DNA of 64,000 nucleotides. Origin: Acidobacteriota bacterium. GTDB taxonomy: Bacteria; Acidobacteriota; UBA6911; RPQK01; JAJDTT01. Below the pieces are notes generated by a model, which saw only the letters and a program-made list of their open reading frames with translations, was not told the DNA's origin and made no database searches. Each line of letters begins with the position of its first letter. Position 1 is the stretch's first letter. The DNA lies in assembly GCA_965209055.1 (NCBI GenBank), contig OZ242374.1, forward strand, positions 2,336,001 to 2,400,000, in the 5' to 3' direction. Made by a program: the position numbers and the translations under genes. Positions 59,292 to 64,000 of the stretch are shown piece by piece.

Positions 59292-59849
59292 CTACTTGAT
59301 GAGGGAAGCCACCTGCTTGAATTCGGCGGTGCCCGAGACTTCCAGGAGTTCGAACAGAGCCGACTCGACGCTGGTCAGGATCACCCCCGACCGTGCCATG
59401 CGGTCCAGCGCCGTCCGGTAGTCCAGCTCCTTGCGTGAGGCGACGGCGTCCACGGCCAACTGGACCTGAAAATCCCGGGAAAGCAAATCCAGGGCCGTTT
59501 GCTGAACGCAGACGTGCGCCTCCGTCCCCGAGACCAGAATCTGCCGGATTCCCCGGCTCCGGATGCCGGAGACCAGGTCCGGGGCCCCACAGCAACTGAA
59601 GGTGGCCTTCACGACGGCGGAGTTGCCGCCGAGCACCTCCAGGATGCTGGGCTCGGTATGGCCCAGTCCCTTGGGGTATTGCTCGGTGACGAAGACGGGA
59701 AGGCCCAGGATCCGGAATCCGCGGACCAGCTTGACGATTTCGGCGACCATCGCCTGGCCGTTTCGGACCGCCTGGATCAGCCTGGTCTGGACGTCCACGA
59801 CCAGCAGGGCCGTGTGAGCCCGATTCAGAATTTGCGGGTGGCGCTTCAT
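59292..59849 (-). CDS. Isochorismatase-family hydrolase
   Basis: LLVVDVQ, TEQYPKGLG, KATFSC, EAHVCV. Confidence 0.92.
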   Translation of the reverse strand: MKRHPQILNRAHTALLVVDVQTRLIQAVRNGQAMVAEIVKLVRGFRILGLPVFVTEQYPKGLGHTEPSILEVLGGNSAVVKATFSCCGAPDLVSGIRSRGIRQILVSGTEAHVCVQQTALDLLSRDFQVQLAVDAVASRKELDYRTALDRMARSGVILTSVESALFELLEVSGTAEFKQVASLIK

Positions 59850-59866
59850 GGCGATTTCGGCGCGCC

Positions 59867-60559
59867 TCAGTCGTCACGGCCTCCCAACAGCCCGGCTCGG
59901 AGCAGGAAGTAGAGCAGGGTCATCAAGGTGGAGACGGCGGCGGCCACATAGGTCAGAGCGGCCGCGTTGAGGACGCGGTCCACGCCGCGCCGCTCCTGAG
60001 CGGTGACGATGCCCTGTTCCACGGCGAGCCTCTTGGCCCGGGCCGACGCATCGAACTCCACGGGAAGGGTCACGATCTGGAAGGCCAGGACGGCGGAAAA
60101 GAGGATCGCTCCCACCAGGACCATATTCTGGCTGGCCATGAAAAGGCCCACCAGCATGACGATATACCCCACCGACGACCCGATGTTGGCCGTCGGAACC
60201 AGGATCGACCGGAGCCAGAGAGGTCCGTAGCCTTCGGCGTGCTGGATGGCATGTCCGGCTTCGTGGCAGGCGACGCCGATGGCGGCCACCGAAGAGGAGC
60301 GGTAGACGCTCTCGGACAGCGCCAGGGTCTTGTTCGTGGGATTGTAGTGATCCGACAACATTCCCGACGTCTGCACGATCTTTACGTCGCTGATGCCGGC
60401 GTAGTTGAGTAGATGCCGAGCCGCCTGGGCCCCGCTGAGTCCTCGCATGGACAGGACTTTTGAGTATTTGTTGAAAGCCGATTTGGTCTTGAAGCTGGCC
60501 CACAGGGAAAGGCCCAGGGCCGGCAGAATCATGAGCAGATAAAGCGGATCGAAGAACAT
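59867..60559 (-). CDS. YugP-like membrane zinc metallopeptidase
   Basis: LSDHYNP, HEAGHAIQH, TLPVEFDASARA, AAALTYVAA; GGAGG RBS. Confidence 0.92.
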   Translation of the reverse strand: MFFDPLYLLMILPALGLSLWASFKTKSAFNKYSKVLSMRGLSGAQAARHLLNYAGISDVKIVQTSGMLSDHYNPTNKTLALSESVYRSSSVAAIGVACHEAGHAIQHAEGYGPLWLRSILVPTANIGSSVGYIVMLVGLFMASQNMVLVGAILFSAVLAFQIVTLPVEFDASARAKRLAVEQGIVTAQERRGVDRVLNAAALTYVAAAVSTLMTLLYFLLRAGLLGGRDD

Positions 60560-60773
60560 GGATTCACCTCCATCGGGATGGATTGCCGACCGCGCCGGCA
60601 TCCGCTCCCGCTACTATCCCGTATTTCCCGCGTCCCGTCCACCCGGTCCGTAGCGGGTGGAAACCGGGTCCGGTGAACCCGGCTCGATTGCGGGAAGCCG
60701 ATCCGGCGTATGCAATCCGGCCGGTAGGATATTATACGTAAGTAGTTGAGAAACGGTTTCCTCAGAGAGGCTT

Positions 60774-63203
60774 ATGGACGATCATCCCGAGTCCGAGATC
60801 AAGTCGGAAGAATTCCAGCAGCCGCCCGGAGAGGGGGCCGGCACGGAGCACGGGGACGGCGAGGGACTGGTCCTGGTCTCGGAGCTCCTGCCCGAAGAGA
60901 TCCCCATCTTTCCCATGGCGGTCCGTCCCTTCTTCCCCGGCCTGCCGGTCCCCATGGAGTTGGGAGGCGACCAGTTGCGGCTGGTGGAGCATGCCATCGA
61001 AGCCTCGAACAAGACCTTGGGGCTGGTTCTGGTTCGCGATCCCGAAGGCAAGAGCTCTCCCGAGAATCTCCATCGAATGGGTGTGGCGGCCAAGATCGTC
61101 CAGGCGGGTCAGTCCGAGGACCACGAGGGGGCCCATCTGGTGATGAACTGCATCGAGCGTTTCGAGATCCGGGACGTCCGGTCGATCCCGGCCGGGATGG
61201 TGGCCCGGGTGGAATACCATCCGGCGCCGGGACTGTCGGTCAATCCGGAGCTCAAGGCCTACTCCATGGCCATCGTCGCCACGCTCAAGGAACTGATCAA
61301 GCTGAATCCCCTCCAGTCGGAAGCGATCCGCATGTTCCTGAGCCGCTCCACCCTGGACGACCCGGGCCGGCTGGCCGACTTCTCCGCCAGTCTGACCACG
61401 GCCAGCGGCCAGGAACTGCAGAAGATCCTGGAGACTCTGGACGTCCGCCGGCGCATTGACCGGACCCTGGTCCTGCTGCGGAAGGAACTGGACCTGACCC
61501 GCCTCCAGAACAAGATCACCAAGCAGATCGAGAAGAAGATCTCCAGCCAGCAGAGGGAGTTCTTCCTGCGGGAGGAATTGAAGGCCATCAAGAAGGAGCT
61601 GGGCCTGGAGAAGGAGGGGAAGGACACCGAGGTCGAGAAGTTCCAGCGCCGGTTGCGCCGGTTGCAGCTGAACGAGGAGGCGGAAGATGCCATCGAGGAC
61701 GAGATCCGGAAGTTTCAGGTGCTGGAGGCCGCCTCTCCCGAGTACGCGTTGACCCGAAACTACCTGGACTGGCTCACCATCCTCCCGTGGGGCCGGTTCA
61801 GCAAGGACTCGTTCAATCTGAAACGGGCCAGGCGGGTCCTGAACCGGGACCACTACGGCCTGGAGGACGTCAAGGAGAGGATCCTGGAGTTCGTGGCCGT
61901 GGGCCGGATGAAGGGCGGCATCACCGGCTCCATCATCTGCCTGGTGGGTCCGCCCGGTGTCGGGAAGACCTCCATCGGACGGAGCATCGCCGCGGCGCTC
62001 AACCGCAAGTTCTACCGTTTCTCCCTGGGGGGGATGCGGGACGAGGCGGAGATCAAGGGGCACCGCCGGACCTACATCGGGGCCCTTCCGGGGAAGTTCA
62101 TCCAGGCCATGAAGACGGCGGGCACCTCGAATCCGGTCATCATGCTGGACGAGATCGACAAGGTGGGCGCCTCCTTCCACGGCGACCCGGCGTCCGCGCT
62201 GCTGGAGGTCCTGGACCCGGAGCAGAACCAGTCCTTCCGGGACCACTACCTGGACGTGCCCTTCGATCTCTCCCACGTCCTTTTCGTGACCACCGCCAAC
62301 CAGATCGACACCATTCCCGGTCCTCTCCTGGATCGAATGGAGGTGATCCGCCTTTCAGGCTACATCCTGGAGGAGAAACTGGAGATCGCGCGGCGTTTTC
62401 TGATTCCCAAGAACCTGGAGCACCACGGTCTCAAGAAGGGGCAGCTCCGGATCCACAAGCTGGCTCTGGCCCGAATCATCGACCACTATGCCCGGGAAGC
62501 CGGAGTGCGCGGCCTCGAGAACCAGATCAAGAAGATCATGCGCCGGGCGGCCGTGACTCTCTCCGAGAATGGCGACGGACCCGTCGTGGTCCTGAAAAGG
62601 CACGTGGAGGCCTACCTGGGGCATCCCCTCTACGAGGGAGACGAGATCTTCGACTCGGCGCCCGGCGTCGTGACCGGACTGGCATGGACGAGCCGGGGCG
62701 GAGCAACGCTGCAGGTGGAGGCCAGCGCCGTCGCCGCCAAGTCCAAGGGGTTCAAGCAGACGGGTCAACTGGGCGACGTGATGGTGGAGAGCTCGGAATT
62801 GGCCTACTCCTACGTGAGGGCCAACGCGGCGGCGTACGGGAGCGAGGCCGGGTACTTCGACCGCCACTTCATCCATCTCCACGTCCCCGCGGGCGCCACT
62901 CCCAAGGACGGTCCCTCGGCCGGAATCACCATGGCCACGGCATTGATCTCCATGGCCACCGGCACGACGGTCCGCAAGGGCTTGGCCATGACGGGCGAGT
63001 TGACCTTGACCGGCCGGGTGCTGCCCATCGGCGGAGTCAAGGAGAAGGTCATCGCCGCTCGCCGGGCGGGTTGCAGGACGCTCGTCTTTCCCGAGGAGAA
63101 CGAGAAGGGCTTCCGGGACCTTCCCGACTATCTCAAGGAGGGCCTGGAGGTGCACTTCGCCCGGGAATACGAAGACGTGTTCCGGGTCGCGTTTCCGGTC
63201 TGA
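60774..63203 (+). CDS. lon: ATP-dependent protease La
   Basis: GPPGVGKTS, GHRRTYIGALPG, LDEIDK, PKDGPSAG (Ser), GGVKEK (Lys). Confidence 0.97.
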   Translation: MDDHPESEIKSEEFQQPPGEGAGTEHGDGEGLVLVSELLPEEIPIFPMAVRPFFPGLPVPMELGGDQLRLVEHAIEASNKTLGLVLVRDPEGKSSPENLHRMGVAAKIVQAGQSEDHEGAHLVMNCIERFEIRDVRSIPAGMVARVEYHPAPGLSVNPELKAYSMAIVATLKELIKLNPLQSEAIRMFLSRSTLDDPGRLADFSASLTTASGQELQKILETLDVRRRIDRTLVLLRKELDLTRLQNKITKQIEKKISSQQREFFLREELKAIKKELGLEKEGKDTEVEKFQRRLRRLQLNEEAEDAIEDEIRKFQVLEAASPEYALTRNYLDWLTILPWGRFSKDSFNLKRARRVLNRDHYGLEDVKERILEFVAVGRMKGGITGSIICLVGPPGVGKTSIGRSIAAALNRKFYRFSLGGMRDEAEIKGHRRTYIGALPGKFIQAMKTAGTSNPVIMLDEIDKVGASFHGDPASALLEVLDPEQNQSFRDHYLDVPFDLSHVLFVTTANQIDTIPGPLLDRMEVIRLSGYILEEKLEIARRFLIPKNLEHHGLKKGQLRIHKLALARIIDHYAREAGVRGLENQIKKIMRRAAVTLSENGDGPVVVLKRHVEAYLGHPLYEGDEIFDSAPGVVTGLAWTSRGGATLQVEASAVAAKSKGFKQTGQLGDVMVESSELAYSYVRANAAAYGSEAGYFDRHFIHLHVPAGATPKDGPSAGITMATALISMATGTTVRKGLAMTGELTLTGRVLPIGGVKEKVIAARRAGCRTLVFPEENEKGFRDLPDYLKEGLEVHFAREYEDVFRVAFPV

Positions 63204-63260
63204 TGTCGAAACCGTCGCGGCTGGCCTTTACGGTTCCCACGATCCTTGTTCTCGTAATTC

Positions 63261-64000
63261 TCATAGATCCCCTCTTGTCTCCAAGAACAGTCCATCGTAC
63301 AGAAACGCTCCACGGATCAGTTCGCAATCCCTTCCGGTGACACCGGCACGACGCATCGTCGCGTGCCATGCGGTGCGGATCACCGAGGAGACACGATCGA
63401 AAATGGCATTGGCTTCAGTGCGATCCAGCAGGAAGCTGCCGGCAACGCCAAGTAGATTTGTCCGGTTGGCCAGTCGGCCTGCAGGGCCGCAGACCATAGC
63501 CAGATCGCGGCGTTCGACCGAAACCACCGGCGACGGCGTCAGGTCGTAGGCGGGGCTGAGCCGCCAATCGCGGCCTCGGGCGAGCAATGCGTGATTGCGT
63601 GGGTGATCGTCGAGATTGGAGACTGCCGCATTGAAGCACATCCGCCCGAAGAGCTCCCGCAGATCTTCTCGGGGCCTTGCGCTCGTGCGCCGCAACTCAT
63701 CGGCAAGCAGGGGGTAAGACCAGCGACTGCGGTTGGTCAGGGCAGTGTCCGATTTCAAGAGAGTGAGGGCGCTGACCACGCGGTGGCGATGATACCCGTC
63801 GCCGGCCCATTCGCGGTCGAAGCGGCGTACGAGAAGCACGTCACGGTCGCCGATTCGCTCGACCCGGCTGTCGGCGGCGTTCAGACCGCATTTTCGCGCC
63901 AGTTGCAGCAACGCGTGCTCTACGAGGGGATGGTTCCATCGATCATCAGGTTGCCCGAACTTGGCTAGCCACAGCACGTGATCTGCTTCGACGACGACCT
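63261..64000 (-). CDS. HipA-domain kinase/toxin (5'-truncated by window edge)
   Basis: WLAKF, VRRFDR, NLDDHPRNH, LSPAYDL; frame stays open to the window end. Confidence 0.88.
   Translation of the reverse strand, partial: VVVEADHVLWLAKFGQPDDRWNHPLVEHALLQLARKCGLNAADSRVERIGDRDVLLVRRFDREWAGDGYHRHRVVSALTLLKSDTALTNRSRWSYPLLADELRRTSARPREDLRELFGRMCFNAAVSNLDDHPRNHALLARGRDWRLSPAYDLTPSPVVSVERRDLAMVCGPAGRLANRTNLLGVAGSFLLDRTEANAIFDRVSSVIRTAWHATMRRAGVTGRDCELIRGAFLYDGLFLETRGDL

Overview
High-GC bacterial chromosome segment with about 45 genes and no recognisable rRNA, tRNA or CRISPR array. Gene content (many Tat-exported oxidoreductases, a DUF1553/DUF1501 pair, a plant-type LRR protein) suggests an Acidobacteriota-like organism, possibly a marine invertebrate or sponge symbiont; this is inference only. 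Left end: housekeeping genes (ileS, a single-ORF LspA-LolA fusion, fabH, queE, nth, thiD). Middle: an opine-dehydrogenase operon, nhaA with a structured leader, a DUF1553/DUF1501 pair, and a ~1824-aa secreted LRR/metalloprotease gene split by an intact 1191-bp IS5 (TTAA duplication). 32-46 kb: a cluster of mostly Tat-signal Gfo/Idh/MocA, ThuA, DUF1080, enolase-superfamily and propeller genes. Right end: amt, STAS, two M20 enzymes, an AAA-DUF4143 ATPase, an internally duplicated UxaA-like dehydratase, lon and a partial HipA-like kinase. Best leads: the LspA-LolA fusion, the IS-split modular LRR protease, the UxaA pseudo-dimer with complementary motif loss, the exported sugar-catabolic cluster and the candidate nhaA leader RNA. 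All calls come from motif recognition by eye; no searches were run.
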